From Candidatus Magasanikiibacteriota bacterium (GTDB taxonomy: Bacteria > Patescibacteriota > Patescibacteriia > Magasanikbacterales > UBA922), in contig WJJZ01000002.1 in assembly GCA_014729395.1 (NCBI GenBank), positions 64,673 through 128,672 on the forward strand: DNA of 64,000 nt, in the 5' to 3' direction. Below, piece by piece: positions 20,271 through 32,645 of the stretch; the first letter of the stretch is position 1, and the number at the start of each line of letters is the position of its first letter. The notes beneath the pieces are model-generated. The model had not been told where the DNA came from, did not search any database, and worked only from the letters and a program-made list of their open reading frames with translations. The translations under genes and the position numbers were made by a program.

Positions 20271-20816
20271 TTATAATTTTTTGACTTGTAGCGCATCAAG
20301 CTCAACCGGTGTTTCTCTTCCAAACATACTAACAAGTACTTTTACTTTACCTCTACCATCGTCAACTGTTTCCACCTTTCCTTCAAAGTTTTTAAACGGT
20401 CCATCTATAATTCTTACCGGATCATCAATATTTACATCAATTTTGTGTGTTGGTTCTTCCACTTTCATCCTCTTGGTAAGATTTAACATTTCTTTCGGAT
20501 CGATTGGAGTTGGCGTGGTTCCGGAACCGACAAAACCGGTAACATTCGGGGTATTCCTTACCACATACCAGGAATCATCTGTAACAATCATCTCCACCAA
20601 AACATAACCGGGGAAGATCTTTTCTTCTACAGTTTGGCGTTTACCGTTTTTTATTTTAATCTTTTTTTCTTTTGGAACCAGAACCGAACAGATTTTATCA
20701 TGCATATCAAAAGTGTCAATTCTTTGTTCCAGGTTTCTTTTTACGTTTTCCTCGTAACCGCTATATGTATGAAGTACGTACCAGCGTTTGCCGAGGTCTA
20801 GAGTTTGTTTAGCCAT
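20271..20816 (-). CDS. nusG: Transcription antitermination factor NusG
   Basis: 181 aa. It has the NGN domain segment [11 protein letters not shown] and a C-terminal KOW domain. Confidence 0.9.
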   Translation of the reverse strand: MAKQTLDLGKRWYVLHTYSGYEENVKRNLEQRIDTFDMHDKICSVLVPKEKKIKIKNGKRQTVEEKIFPGYVLVEMIVTDDSWYVVRNTPNVTGFVGSGTTPTPIDPKEMLNLTKRMKVEEPTHKIDVNIDDPVRIIDGPFKNFEGKVETVDDGRGKVKVLVSMFGRETPVELDALQVKKL

Positions 20817-20879
20817 AGGTTAAATGCTTAAAATGCTAGAAAAGCTCGAAAGGCCTAAAAAGGCTTTTTTTTGCCTTTT

Positions 20880-21080
20880 TTAAATGATTTTTTCTAAGAT
20901 GATATTAAAGATATAATCCAAAACTCCAAAGAAAACAGCTACTCCGATACTCATAGCGATAACGATAATGGAGTAGGTAGTGGTCTGTTTTTTTGTTGGC
21001 CAGACCACTTTTTTCATTTCCGCAACCGAACCTTTGAAATAGTCAGTTATTTTTTGGCTCATTTTAGTCATTTTTGCCAT
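20880..21080 (-). CDS. secE: Preprotein translocase subunit SecE
   Basis: 66 aa, single transmembrane helix, located upstream of nusG. Confidence 0.75.
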   Translation of the reverse strand: MAKMTKMSQKITDYFKGSVAEMKKVVWPTKKQTTTYSIIVIAMSIGVAVFFGVLDYIFNIILEKII

Positions 21081-21153
21081 AAAATTAAAATTTTTTTATT
21101 TAAAAACGGCCCGTGGCCGATTGATGCTGATAATATACTAAAGTTAGGTAAGT

Positions 21154-22446
21154 TTGTCAAGTAGTTTTGTGAATATTTTAATCTATAGTATTATTAGTAT
21201 ATTGAATAATTTTTTAGTTTTAATGTATATGCTGAGAAACAGAGAAGTTGGTATAATGGAGTTACCGGAGAAAGAAAAATATAAAAATTATACCCGCCAT
21301 GAGATAAAAAGCGTTGTCAACCCTGATGAAACCGATAGAGCCTTAAAAGATTTAAGGGAATATGAAAACGATGAACCGACTTTGGAAGAGATTGAATTTA
21401 ATAGGCAGGTAAGAGAAGAAGGGGAAAAGATACTAAGGGAAAAAGGTTTGCCAAATAATGCCGAGACTGTATTTTGGGTGGATGAGACTGTAGCGGACAA
21501 AGAACCGGAAGATAAGGATAAACCGGATTTTACCATCCTTTCCTGGAATATTGAGAGAGGCTATAAAGTAGACAAACAAATTGAATATTTAAAAAAAGAG
21601 TCCCCGGATGTAGTTTGTCTACAAGAGGTAGACTGGGGCTGTGAAAGAACCGGAGATCAGAACATAGCTTTAAAAATGGCAGCCGAATCCGGCTATAAAT
21701 ACGTAGGCTATACAACCGAATTCGTGGAAGTTGATGATAAACAAAAATTTCCCACACAACAAAGAGATAATCCTAGGCTTGGCAAAGGAGGTGGGGTGCA
21801 CGGTCAAGCTTTTCTGAGCAAGTACCCGATTGAATCTGATGGAGTGGCTTGCTTGAAATTGCACAAGCTCTGGCATGATTGGGAAAGAAAGAGCAAGAGT
21901 GGAGAAGCGGAACCAAGAATTGGACAGAGAATTAGTCAGAAGATAAGAGTCAAAATAGGTAATCGTGAAGTTTTGCTTTATAATTCTCATTTTGAGGATA
22001 AAGTTGGCGGAGAAACAGGTCGGCTGGCTCAGTTTGATCAGGTGGCGGATGATGCGGAAAAAGAAGATGCACCCACAATCATTGTGGGCGATCTTAATAC
22101 CTTAACTCATGGATTGGCCGGGCTTATGCCCGGTAACCGTGGAGATTTTTTTGTAAAAGGAGCAAAAAGAATTGGCAAATCAGCTGCTGATATGTGGAAA
22201 GATTTGGAGTTCTCTCAATCAAAGACTAGAGAAAATGCAGAAGAAGGGACTTTAAAAACAAGGGATAAAGAATATAGAGATCCGTTTGAATCACAAGATA
22301 AAACTTTTGAGATTTTTAAAGTTTATAAAGGCAAGCTTGATTGGACATTGTTTCAGGAGGATAAATTTGACGTTTTAAAAAAGGAAATTGGTCCGAAAGG
22401 TTTAAGCGACCACCAGCCTTTGTTAGTGGATGTTAAGATGAAATAA
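21154..22446 (+). CDS. Endonuclease/exonuclease/phosphatase (EEP) family protein; true start possibly at 21223 or 21256
   Basis: It has LSWNIERG, VVCLQEV, IVGDLNTL and a C-terminal SDHQPL segment, typical of EEP-fold nucleases/phosphatases. Confidence 0.65.
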   Translation: MSSSFVNILIYSIISILNNFLVLMYMLRNREVGIMELPEKEKYKNYTRHEIKSVVNPDETDRALKDLREYENDEPTLEEIEFNRQVREEGEKILREKGLPNNAETVFWVDETVADKEPEDKDKPDFTILSWNIERGYKVDKQIEYLKKESPDVVCLQEVDWGCERTGDQNIALKMAAESGYKYVGYTTEFVEVDDKQKFPTQQRDNPRLGKGGGVHGQAFLSKYPIESDGVACLKLHKLWHDWERKSKSGEAEPRIGQRISQKIRVKIGNREVLLYNSHFEDKVGGETGRLAQFDQVADDAEKEDAPTIIVGDLNTLTHGLAGLMPGNRGDFFVKGAKRIGKSAADMWKDLEFSQSKTRENAEEGTLKTRDKEYRDPFESQDKTFEIFKVYKGKLDWTLFQEDKFDVLKKEIGPKGLSDHQPLLVDVKMK

Positions 22447-22468
22447 GTTTTATAGGATTACTAAAAAT

Positions 22469-22491
22469 TACCGGATTTCCGGTAGTTTTTG
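22469..22491 (+). terminator. Terminator after the EEP gene
   Basis: TACCGGA-TT-TCCGGTA hairpin followed by GTTTTT. Confidence 0.5.
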
Positions 22492-22610
22492 TTTGTCCTG
22501 ATAAAAAAGTAAAAAGGCGGGAATCAAGAAAGGTGTATATGGAGAAGGGGCGAGATGGTAGCTGTCTTATTTTATATAAGAAGAAGTTTTTGCACCCTCT
22601 TTTTTTATCT

Positions 22611-22642
22611 AATAAAAAACCACCGGCAATCCCGGTGGTTTT
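22611..22642 (-). terminator. Terminator after gyrB
   Basis: CCACCGG-CAATC-CCGGTGG hairpin with an A-run upstream on the plus strand (a T-run on the minus strand). Confidence 0.5.
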
Positions 22643-22678
22643 AGATTTCAATAGCTTTTCCGGTCTTTTGGGCCTTTT

Positions 22679-24838
<2,160 letters not shown>

Positions 24839-24931
24839 TTATTATACCATGTATCAGCCCCGCGGACAAGGGCTGTTTATAATGCTTTTTTTAGTGTATA
24901 ATAGTAAAAAATACAAAAATACATCTTTGAT

Positions 24932-25856
24932 TATGTTATTTGATAAATTAAAATTTGGAAAAAATAAAAAAGAAGATTTAGCTTCGCGTTATGAAGACCC
25001 AAGCGGTAGTTTTGGCAGTGGTGAATTAAAAGCGGCAACTTGGTATGTAAAGAATAAATTGCTCTTGCAAAAAATCGGTATCGGAGCGTTAGCGGTTTTT
25101 TGTATAATAACTGTAGGTTATAGTTTGTTTGGATGGGGGAAGTATTTGATTTTTGATTATTTTTCCGATAGAGACATGCTGACAAAACAAACACTTGAAT
25201 TGAATGACTATCAAAGTTTGCATGCATTATATGGTGCGCAACAACTTCAGTTGGGAAATGCCGAAGTTTTTACTTCTTCAAATGGACAATATGATTTTGT
25301 GACGACCGTGCAAAATCCCAATAATAGGTGGGCGGCTCGAGTAAAATTTAAATATATCTATAATGGCGGAGAAACAGAAAGTGAAGAGGCAATTATTTTG
25401 CCTTTGCAGGAAAGACCGTTTGTGGTTTTTGCTCATGAAGAAAGTTCTTATCCAACCAGAGCCAGGCTGGTTATTGAAAATATTGAATGGCGCAGTATAG
25501 ATGCTCATATGGTTCCAAATGTTTCAGACTATATTAATCAAAGATTTATTTTTATAACTGACAACTTTGAATTTACAAGAGCCGGGGGCAGTTTGGATCT
25601 TCCCGCAAGTAGTATTAAATTTGACTTAACAAATGATACCGCATATAGTTACTGGGAAGCGGAATTTTATGTTGAATTGCTAAATAGCGGAAATCGAACC
25701 GGTGTACTATACCTGGCGGTTCCCGAGTTTAGAGCCGGAGAAACCAGGACGATCGATTTGAGAAGTTTTAGCGAGGGAATAGACGTGGATGCTATTTTAC
25801 TCAATCCGATTATCAATGTTTTTGACAGCTCCGAGTATATTCAACCGGGTAAATGA
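24932..25856 (+). CDS. Hypothetical single-pass membrane protein (the track start at 24750 overlaps gyrB and was moved downstream)
   Basis: N-terminal transmembrane helix (IGIGALAVFCIITVGYSLFGW) then a ~250-aa domain with no recognisable motifs. Confidence 0.35.
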
Positions 25857-25913
25857 CGATAGATTTTACAATACAAGACGAAAAAATCTGCTTTGACCAT
25901 CATTTAATCTAAT

Positions 25914-27017
25914 ATGAACTGGCTGCTTGGCAAAATTTCCTTATTGAAAAATTACGATTGTTTTTTGACAATCGTAGTTTTTATTTTGGCCGGTATTGGT
26001 CTTATATCCATATACAGTGTAGATTTATCGAGAGGCGAGAATTTAACCTATTTTCCAACTCAAATTATAGCCTTGTCAATTGGTATTTCCGTTTATTTTT
26101 TATCAGGCAGTGTACATCAGACTTTTTATCAGTATGCGGCAAGATTTTTTTATATATCGGCTTTTTTTCTATTGATTGCCGTATTGATTTGGGGTGTAAA
26201 CATAAGAGGTACGACCGGGTGGTTTCAATTTGCCGGCTTTTCTTTTCAGCCGGTGGAGTATGCCAAGGTGGCTTTGATAGTGTTTTTAGCCTGGTGGATA
26301 GAAAGACACGGAAGGCAGTTTGATAAATGGCAATTTGTGTTTACAAGCGGTTTATCCGCAGTAATACTCGCCGGTTTGGTTATGTTGCAGCCCGACTTGG
26401 GTTCGGCTGTGGTATTATTCTCCATCTGGTTTTTACTGTTATTTTTGACCGGTACAAAAAAAAGATATCTGGCCGGCTTGATATCCCTATTATTTTTAAC
26501 TTCCGTGATGTCATGGTTTTTTTTACTCCAGGATTATCAAAAAGACAGATTGAGAATATTTTTAAATCCCGACTTGGATCCATTAGGTGCCGGTTATAAC
26601 GTCAGTCAATCGATAATAGCGATTGGAGCCGGTAATTTTTTTGGCAGGGGTTTGGGCTTTGGATCACAAAGCCAATTACATTTTTTACCGGAAGCGCAAA
26701 CTGATTTTATTTTTTCCGTTTTGGCCGAAGAATTGGGTTTTGTAGGTGTAATAATAGTATTAATTTTATATTTTCTTTTAATTTGGCGTTTGGTTGCGAT
26801 AGCCAAAAAAAGCAATGATGATTTTGGTTCATATTTGGCAATAGGGATAGCTTGTTTATTTTTTATACAAATTTTTTTCAATATTGGCGGTGCTTTGGGT
26901 ATATTACCGGTTACGGGCATTACGCTGCCGTATTTAAGTTATGGAGGGTCTTCATTAATAATCAATTTTTTTCTACTGGGTATAGCCCAAAGCGTATTTC
27001 GTTCAGCCAATAAATAG
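25914..27017 (+). CDS. SEDS-family peptidoglycan glycosyltransferase (FtsW/RodA)
   Basis: 367 aa, ~10 transmembrane helices, with SQSQLHFLPEAQTDFIFSVLAEELGFVG and a C-terminal PYLSYGGSS segment. Confidence 0.85.
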   Translation: MNWLLGKISLLKNYDCFLTIVVFILAGIGLISIYSVDLSRGENLTYFPTQIIALSIGISVYFLSGSVHQTFYQYAARFFYISAFFLLIAVLIWGVNIRGTTGWFQFAGFSFQPVEYAKVALIVFLAWWIERHGRQFDKWQFVFTSGLSAVILAGLVMLQPDLGSAVVLFSIWFLLLFLTGTKKRYLAGLISLLFLTSVMSWFFLLQDYQKDRLRIFLNPDLDPLGAGYNVSQSIIAIGAGNFFGRGLGFGSQSQLHFLPEAQTDFIFSVLAEELGFVGVIIVLILYFLLIWRLVAIAKKSNDDFGSYLAIGIACLFFIQIFFNIGGALGILPVTGITLPYLSYGGSSLIINFFLLGIAQSVFRSANK

Positions 27018-27070
27018 TGCTAAAATACACTTGACTTTTTTATTTTTTTTGCTATAATGCAGCTCACATT

Positions 27071-27433
27071 ATGAATAAAGATAATTCCCAGAGGGATAAA
27101 AAAAACGACTCGGACGAGAGGGGCATTAAAATAATTCGAGAATGCCCTTTGTGTAATGTTGAATATGAAATGCAGGATATGAGTGTTTTGAAAAGAAATG
27201 ATCATGCCAATTTGGTACATTCCACTTGTCCCGAGTGTAATAATTCCGTATTGTCCGTTGTATTGATCACCGAGACGGGGCTAAGCTCAATTGGGATGGT
27301 AACCGATCTGAGTGCCGATGATGTTATTAAATTTAGCAAATTCGGACCGGTCACAGAAGAGGAATTACTTGATTTTCATACTTTCATGAGAAAAAAATTT
27401 TGTCGATTATTTGATAAATTATATAAAATATGA
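27071..27433 (+). CDS. Small zinc-ribbon protein, unknown function
   Basis: 120 aa with CPLC...CPEC paired CxxC motifs. Confidence 0.35.
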   Translation: MNKDNSQRDKKNDSDERGIKIIRECPLCNVEYEMQDMSVLKRNDHANLVHSTCPECNNSVLSVVLITETGLSSIGMVTDLSADDVIKFSKFGPVTEEELLDFHTFMRKKFCRLFDKLYKI

Positions 27434-28158
27434 ATTATTCGCTAAAAGTTGATAAAAGAGAGCCGAAAAATTCCGGTGAACTAAGAGAACAGGGTAAAAT
27501 TCCCGCTATTTTATACGGACCGGAACGGGAGGAAGCACAACCTGTTAGTTTGGATTATAATGTTTTTGAAAAATTATATGATGAAGCCGGTGAATCCAGC
27601 TTGATTGATTTAACGGTTGAGGGAGAAAAAGAACCGGTAAAGGTTTTGATTCAGGATATTCAGTATGATCCTGTAAAAAATGACATCATTCATGTAGATT
27701 TTAGACAGATAAAAATGGGAGAAGAAATGTATACTACGATTGAGCTGGAATTTGTCAATGAATCTCCCGCTGTCAAAGAGTTGGGTGGTACTTTGGTCAA
27801 AGGAAATGATTATTTAAATGTAAAATGTTTGCCAAAAGATTTGGTATCTGAAATAAAAGTTGACTTGGCTGTTTTGGAAACATTCGATGACACTATTACA
27901 ATAGCTGACTTAAGTATTCCCGAAGGTATTACTGTTACTGATAATCCTGACGCCTTAATCGCCAAAGTGTCAGCGCCTCTAACTGAGGAACAACTAAAAG
28001 CAATGGAAGAAGAAACAGCCTCTGTAGAAGATGTTGAGGTTGAAGAAAAGGGTAAAGAAGGTGAGGAAACTGAAGAAGGAGAAGAAGGACAAGAATCGGA
28101 AAAATCGGAAACCGAGGGAGAGGGTGAAAAAGAAGAAGACAAAAAAGAAGAAAAATAA
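27430..28158 (+). CDS. rplY: 50S ribosomal protein L25 / general stress protein Ctc, with a long acidic C-terminal tail
   Basis: The N-terminal beta-barrel (REQGKIPAILYG...VKVLIQDIQYDPVKNDIIHVDF) is followed by ~60 aa rich in E/K/G. Confidence 0.8.
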   Translation: MNYSLKVDKREPKNSGELREQGKIPAILYGPEREEAQPVSLDYNVFEKLYDEAGESSLIDLTVEGEKEPVKVLIQDIQYDPVKNDIIHVDFRQIKMGEEMYTTIELEFVNESPAVKELGGTLVKGNDYLNVKCLPKDLVSEIKVDLAVLETFDDTITIADLSIPEGITVTDNPDALIAKVSAPLTEEQLKAMEEETASVEDVEVEEKGKEGEETEEGEEGQESEKSETEGEGEKEEDKKEEK

Positions 28159-28168
28159 ACAAAAAAAT

Positions 28169-28193
28169 CTCGCTCTTCTCAGCGAGGTTTTTT
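28169..28193 (+). terminator. Terminator after rplY
   Basis: CTCGCT-CTTCTC-AGCGAG hairpin followed by GTTTTTT. Confidence 0.55.
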
Positions 28194-28208
28194 AAATTAA
28201 TCGGAAGC

Positions 28209-29354
28209 TTGTGGTATAATTTAGTGGTTATGGCAAAAGAAATTTTAAAAAAAATTGTAAATAAAAAATCTCCCATAAAAAGCGGAATTACGTGGCTTGA
28301 TGAAATAAGGTATATTTATTTGCTAAGCGCATTGGTTTTGATCACCGCTTTTTTTCTTTTGCTGTTTTTTGGTTTTAACTACTTATCGTCCATATTTTCC
28401 GGTACCAGTTTGGTAGATACCGTGCAAGAGAAAATCGAACAAAAAAGCGAATGTACCTCAAGACGATTGGTGGACGGTTTATGTTTGCAGGGTAATGAGA
28501 ATAACAACCCGCCTTTGGTTGTTGCCATGATAGACAATCATATGGACGCGCGTCCACAATCAGGTTTATCAGAAGCGGTGCTGGTTTACGAAGCACCGGT
28601 GGAGGGAAATTATACACGTTTTATGGCGTTTTATATTATGGATGAAAAAGTGGAATCCGTTGGCCCCATCAGAAGTGCCAGACCATATTTTTTAGACTGG
28701 ACAGAGGAGTATGGCAAGCCGATGTATTTTCATGTTGGCGGTTCACCACAGGCATTACAACTGATAAAAAATTATAATATTTTTGATTTTAATGAATTTT
28801 TCAGAAGCTGGTATTTTTGGAGATCTGTTGATCGTTTGGCGCCTCACAATACTTATACATCGTCTGAACTTTGGAAAAAGGGTTTTGATAAATATTCTTA
28901 TGAAGCCAGCAGTACGAAATTTAGTTCTTGGAAATATGAAGATTATGAAAATTGTCACGAAGACGAATGTGTTACGGAAATAACAATCAATTATTTGTCG
29001 TATTATTTTGAACCTACATGGAAATATAATACATCAACCGAAAAATATGTCAGATATGAAAATAATGCGATAAAAAAGGATAAAAATGGGAGCAAGATAA
29101 TCGCGGATAATATAATAGTTCAGTTTGTTGAATCACGGGTAATTGACGGTGTTGGCCGTCTGGATATTGAAACAATCGGAGAGGGAAAGGCGCTTGTTTT
29201 TACAGCCGGACGAGTTTTTGAAGGTACTTGGAAAAAACCTAATAGACAAGCGCGAACAAAATGGTATAATGAAAATGGTGAACAAATTAACCTAACAGTC
29301 GGCACGACTTGGGTGCAGGTCACACCGCAAAGCACCAAAACAGAATGGAAATAA
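28209..29354 (+). CDS. DUF3048-like (YerB-type) membrane-anchored protein
   Basis: N-terminal transmembrane helix, then VVAMIDNHMDARPQSGLSEAVLVYEAPVEG, which resembles the conserved DUF3048 N-domain. Confidence 0.45.
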   Translation: MWYNLVVMAKEILKKIVNKKSPIKSGITWLDEIRYIYLLSALVLITAFFLLLFFGFNYLSSIFSGTSLVDTVQEKIEQKSECTSRRLVDGLCLQGNENNNPPLVVAMIDNHMDARPQSGLSEAVLVYEAPVEGNYTRFMAFYIMDEKVESVGPIRSARPYFLDWTEEYGKPMYFHVGGSPQALQLIKNYNIFDFNEFFRSWYFWRSVDRLAPHNTYTSSELWKKGFDKYSYEASSTKFSSWKYEDYENCHEDECVTEITINYLSYYFEPTWKYNTSTEKYVRYENNAIKKDKNGSKIIADNIIVQFVESRVIDGVGRLDIETIGEGKALVFTAGRVFEGTWKKPNRQARTKWYNENGEQINLTVGTTWVQVTPQSTKTEWK

Positions 29355-29375
29355 ATAATTTTATAAATAAATATT

Positions 29376-29822
29376 ATGGTAAAACGAAAATTAACAGGGC
29401 CTCTTCCCGAACATGTAAGAAGAACGCTACAGAAAAGAAGAGAGCGCCTAAAAAGAGAATCTGATGAAGAGGAAACAAATATACAAACTAAAGATAGTAC
29501 AAAAGAAGATGTCACAAACTCCAAAGATGAAAAATTGGACAATGCCATAATTCAAGTAACGGGTAATAAAGAAATCCCCGAACTAAAAAATAAAATAACT
29601 GAACTGGAAAAGGAAGTTGAAAAATGGGAAGATGAAGTTGGAGAAATGTGGTCTCAAGCTGAGCCTGATGAAATGAAAATACGAGATTTAAATGAAAAAA
29701 TAAGGAGTTCCGTAATGGAATTAACTGAATTAAAACGTGAATTAAGTTCGCTAAGAACTAAATACAAAGAAATGATTGAGAAAGGAAATGAGTTGGATCG
29801 GGATATTAGATCAGCCGGATGA
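29376..29822 (+). CDS. Hypothetical charged coiled-coil protein
   Basis: 148 aa, heptad-rich, no recognisable motif. Confidence 0.3.
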   Translation: MVKRKLTGPLPEHVRRTLQKRRERLKRESDEEETNIQTKDSTKEDVTNSKDEKLDNAIIQVTGNKEIPELKNKITELEKEVEKWEDEVGEMWSQAEPDEMKIRDLNEKIRSSVMELTELKRELSSLRTKYKEMIEKGNELDRDIRSAG

Positions 29823-29834
29823 TCAAGCAAAAAC

Positions 29835-30707
29835 CTATTTATTTAGGTTTTTTTTAATACTAAAAATTACAAGCCTGCTTAATTCTGCCAAATCTTTTTT
29901 TATTTCGATTTTTGTTTTTGGAAAATATTTTTTTATCAGATTTGGGATTGCTTCGGATTGGGAGGGGTCGATTTCGATGATTGTGGTGATTTGTGACTGG
30001 TGATTAGAGATTAGTGACCGGACTTGCTTGAAGAGTTTTTCATATAGCGCCAGGCCTTGATTTCTCGCTACAAGAGCTTTTTTGGGTTCGTGCTGGATTG
30101 AGGGTTCGGATCGGTACTGGTCTTCGGTTAAGTAGGGGAGGTTGGCGACAATGAGCAATGAACAATGAGTAGTGAGCAATTTTTTATTTATAATTGGTTG
30201 GAGTAAATTGCCATGGAGAAATTCTATTTTTACCTTGTGTTTTTTTGCATTTTTTTTGGCGATCCTGATGGCCTTTCGGGATATATCGGTTGCAAAAATT
30301 TTATATGTTGTCCCGCTGCTGTCCCCGAGTGCTGAAGAGACGGATATTGGAATGCAGCCGGATCCGGTGCCGACATCAATTAAGATTGTCTTATCCTTAT
30401 TTTTTAAAATCGACAAAACTTCTTCCACAATCATTTCCGTTTCCGGACGGGGAATCAATACATACTTATTTACTAAAAAATTTGTACCATAAAATTCTTT
30501 GTTTCCGGTTAGGTAGGCGATTGGAACAACCCGGGAACGTTTTTTTGCCAAGGCTTTGTATTTTATCTCCTGCAGCTTGGAAATTTTTTGTTTGGGATGA
30601 GAAATAATAAACTCGCGTGTTTTTTGCAAAACATGAGACAGTAGCAATTCGCTTTCGCGTCTATCGATTTTTGATTTTTGTAAAAGTTTAGCTATTGTTT
30701 CCGCCAT
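29835..30707 (-). CDS. prmC: Release factor glutamine N5-methyltransferase (PrmC/HemK)
   Basis: It has the SAM motif IDVGTGSG and the substrate motif NLPY (an NPPY variant), and lies directly downstream of prfA. Confidence 0.8.
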   Translation of the reverse strand: MAETIAKLLQKSKIDRRESELLLSHVLQKTREFIISHPKQKISKLQEIKYKALAKKRSRVVPIAYLTGNKEFYGTNFLVNKYVLIPRPETEMIVEEVLSILKNKDKTILIDVGTGSGCIPISVSSALGDSSGTTYKIFATDISRKAIRIAKKNAKKHKVKIEFLHGNLLQPIINKKLLTTHCSLLIVANLPYLTEDQYRSEPSIQHEPKKALVARNQGLALYEKLFKQVRSLISNHQSQITTIIEIDPSQSEAIPNLIKKYFPKTKIEIKKDLAELSRLVIFSIKKNLNK

Positions 30708-30737
30708 ATTAAAATTTAAAAATTCCGGATTCGAAAT

Positions 30738-31808
30738 TCAAGATTCCATTTCTTCATAATCAGCCACACGAAGAGCTTCGATGATGTCCTCCAAGTCTCC
30801 ATCCAAAATTTTTTGTATGTTATTCCAGCTTTTTTTAATACGATGATCGGTAATACGATCTTGCGGAAAATTGTAAGTGCGAATTTTTTCACTTCTGTCG
30901 GCTCTACCAATTTGTTTTTTTCGTTTTGTGTCAATCTCAGCTTGCTGTTTTTCTCTTTCCAGTTCATAAAGCCTGGCACGTAAAACATTCATGGCTTTGG
31001 TTTTGTTTTGTAGTTGCGATCTTTCATCCTGACATTGGACTACGGTGTCGGTTGGAATATGAGTAATGCGAACGGCGCTATAGGTTGTGTTTACGCTTTG
31101 GCCGCCATGGCCGCCGGCACAGAATGTATCTATACGCAGGTCATTGGGATCTATTTCAAATTCAGTTTCTTCTATTTCAGGTAGAACAGCCACGCTGGCG
31201 GTAGAGGTGTGTATACGTCCCGATTTTTCCGTTTCGGGAATTCTTTGAACTCTATGAACACCCATTTCATATTTCAAATTTTTATAAACATTGTTTCCTT
31301 CTATGGAAAAAATAACTTCCTTATATCCGCCAATTCCGATTTGATTTTCATTTAAGAGTTTTGTCTTCCATTTTTTACTTTCAGCGTATTTCATATACAT
31401 TCGCATTAGATCGCCAGCAAAAAGGGCGGCCTCATCTCCACCGGCACCGGCTCTAATTTCTATGATGACATCTTTTTTGTCCAAAGGATCGGTCGGTTTG
31501 GTTAAATTTTTCAATTCAGATTCTAATTTTTGTTTTTTCTTTTCCAATTCCGCAAGTTCGGCTTCAGCCATTTTCTTCATGTCGTCAGTTTCATTGTCTA
31601 CCATTTCTTGAGTGCCTGTTAAATTGGTTTCTACTTGTTCCAAATCCATAATTTTTTCTATGATAGGTTTTAAGTCATCATATTCTTGTGCTACTGTTTT
31701 TAGTCTTTTTTGGTCAGCAATAACATCAGGATTTTGTAAATCCTGTTCCAGTTGATTATATTTATTTTTTAGTTGTATATATTTTTTTTGCATATATTTA
31801 CAGTTCAC
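30738..31808 (-). CDS. prfA: Peptide chain release factor 1
   Basis: It has the GGQ motif ([23 protein letters not shown]) and class-I release-factor architecture. Confidence 0.9.
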   Translation of the reverse strand: MNCKYMQKKYIQLKNKYNQLEQDLQNPDVIADQKRLKTVAQEYDDLKPIIEKIMDLEQVETNLTGTQEMVDNETDDMKKMAEAELAELEKKKQKLESELKNLTKPTDPLDKKDVIIEIRAGAGGDEAALFAGDLMRMYMKYAESKKWKTKLLNENQIGIGGYKEVIFSIEGNNVYKNLKYEMGVHRVQRIPETEKSGRIHTSTASVAVLPEIEETEFEIDPNDLRIDTFCAGGHGGQSVNTTYSAVRITHIPTDTVVQCQDERSQLQNKTKAMNVLRARLYELEREKQQAEIDTKRKKQIGRADRSEKIRTYNFPQDRITDHRIKKSWNNIQKILDGDLEDIIEALRVADYEEMES

Positions 31809-31870
31809 AGTTTTCGGTTCACAGTCAACAGGGAAGTAATATCCTGAGAATTGAGAACGTCTGACTATAA
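31800..31870. repeat. Partial copy (d) of the CAGTTCACAG repeat family, between rpmE and prfA
   Basis: CAGTTCACAGTTTTCGGTTCACAGTCAACAGG shares the GTTCnCAG(C/T)CAACAG core with copies a, b and c. Confidence 0.5.
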
Positions 31871-31922
31871 ACCGTTAAAAAAACAGCCCCAAAAATAAGG
31901 GTCTGCTTTTAATTGTTAACGG

Positions 31923-32237
31923 CTATTTTGATTTTTTATCTTTTTTTTCGGATTTTGACTTTTTCTCTTGTTTTTCTTTTTTTGCCTTGGCAGCTCTTTT
32001 TACTTTTTTTCCTTTGCGAGTGCCGGCAACTTTTTTAACGCGTTTCATTTTTTCTTGGAATTTTTCAACTCTGCGAGCAGTATCTACAAATTTTTGTTTA
32101 CCGGTATAAAAAGGATGACACATATTGCAGAGTTCAACCCTGATGCTGTCTTTGGTGGAGCCAACTTTAAAATTATTACCACAAGCACAGGTAACAGTAG
32201 CTTCCTCATTGTATTTTGGGTGTATATCTTTCTTCAT
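31923..32237 (-). CDS. rpmE: 50S ribosomal protein L31 with a Lys-rich C-terminal extension
   Basis: It has the IHPKY...CxC...[11 protein letters not shown] zinc-ribbon core, and the last ~40 aa are K-rich. Confidence 0.85.
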   Translation of the reverse strand: MKKDIHPKYNEEATVTCACGNNFKVGSTKDSIRVELCNMCHPFYTGKQKFVDTARRVEKFQEKMKRVKKVAGTRKGKKVKRAAKAKKEKQEKKSKSEKKDKKSK

Positions 32238-32310
32238 AATTTACGGATAAGTAATAATGCGGATTTACTGATAACTTGCCTGCCGGCAGACAGGCACATA
32301 TCTGAATTAT
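32238..32310. repeat. Copy A of the modular intergenic repeat family (TTACGGATAA / GCGGATTTAC / CTGATAAC / GCCTGCCGGCAGaCAGGC)
   Basis: It shares sub-modules with 61596-61660, 62176-62225 and 62826-62979. Confidence 0.55.
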
Positions 32311-32426
32311 TGTTTAAAAAGTGAGAAAACTATAACATGTCTTGATTATTTTGTCAATGAATAAAAAATTTGCCTTTTTTGACAAATTGCACTATAATCC
32401 AACGAGCAGAATGATAAATTTATCTT

Positions 32427-32645
32427 ATGATAGTTCAAATAATTCAAATTGTACAATTGGTCTTGGCAGTATTATTAATCGTAGTGATTTTATTGCAACA
32501 GCAAAGTGCGGGTTTAGGCTCAGCTTTTGGTGGAAGCGGTTCGGTCCAGACCACTCGTCGTGGGGCTGATAAGTTTTTATTTAGAGCAACAATCATTATT
32601 TCTATACTTTTTTTCCTATCCGCATTGGCCCAAATTATAATATAA
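32427..32645 (+). CDS. secG: Preprotein translocase subunit SecG
   Basis: 72 aa, two transmembrane helices, with LLQQQSAGLGSAFGGSGS typical of SecG. Confidence 0.65.
   Translation: MIVQIIQIVQLVLAVLLIVVILLQQQSAGLGSAFGGSGSVQTTRRGADKFLFRATIIISILFFLSALAQIII

Noticed and set aside
30140-30180. Tandem-looking CAATGAGCAATGAACAATGAGTAGTGAGCAAT
   Set aside because: It lies inside the prmC coding sequence (minus strand) and encodes ...LLTTHCSLLIVA... in frame. It is not an intergenic repeat element.
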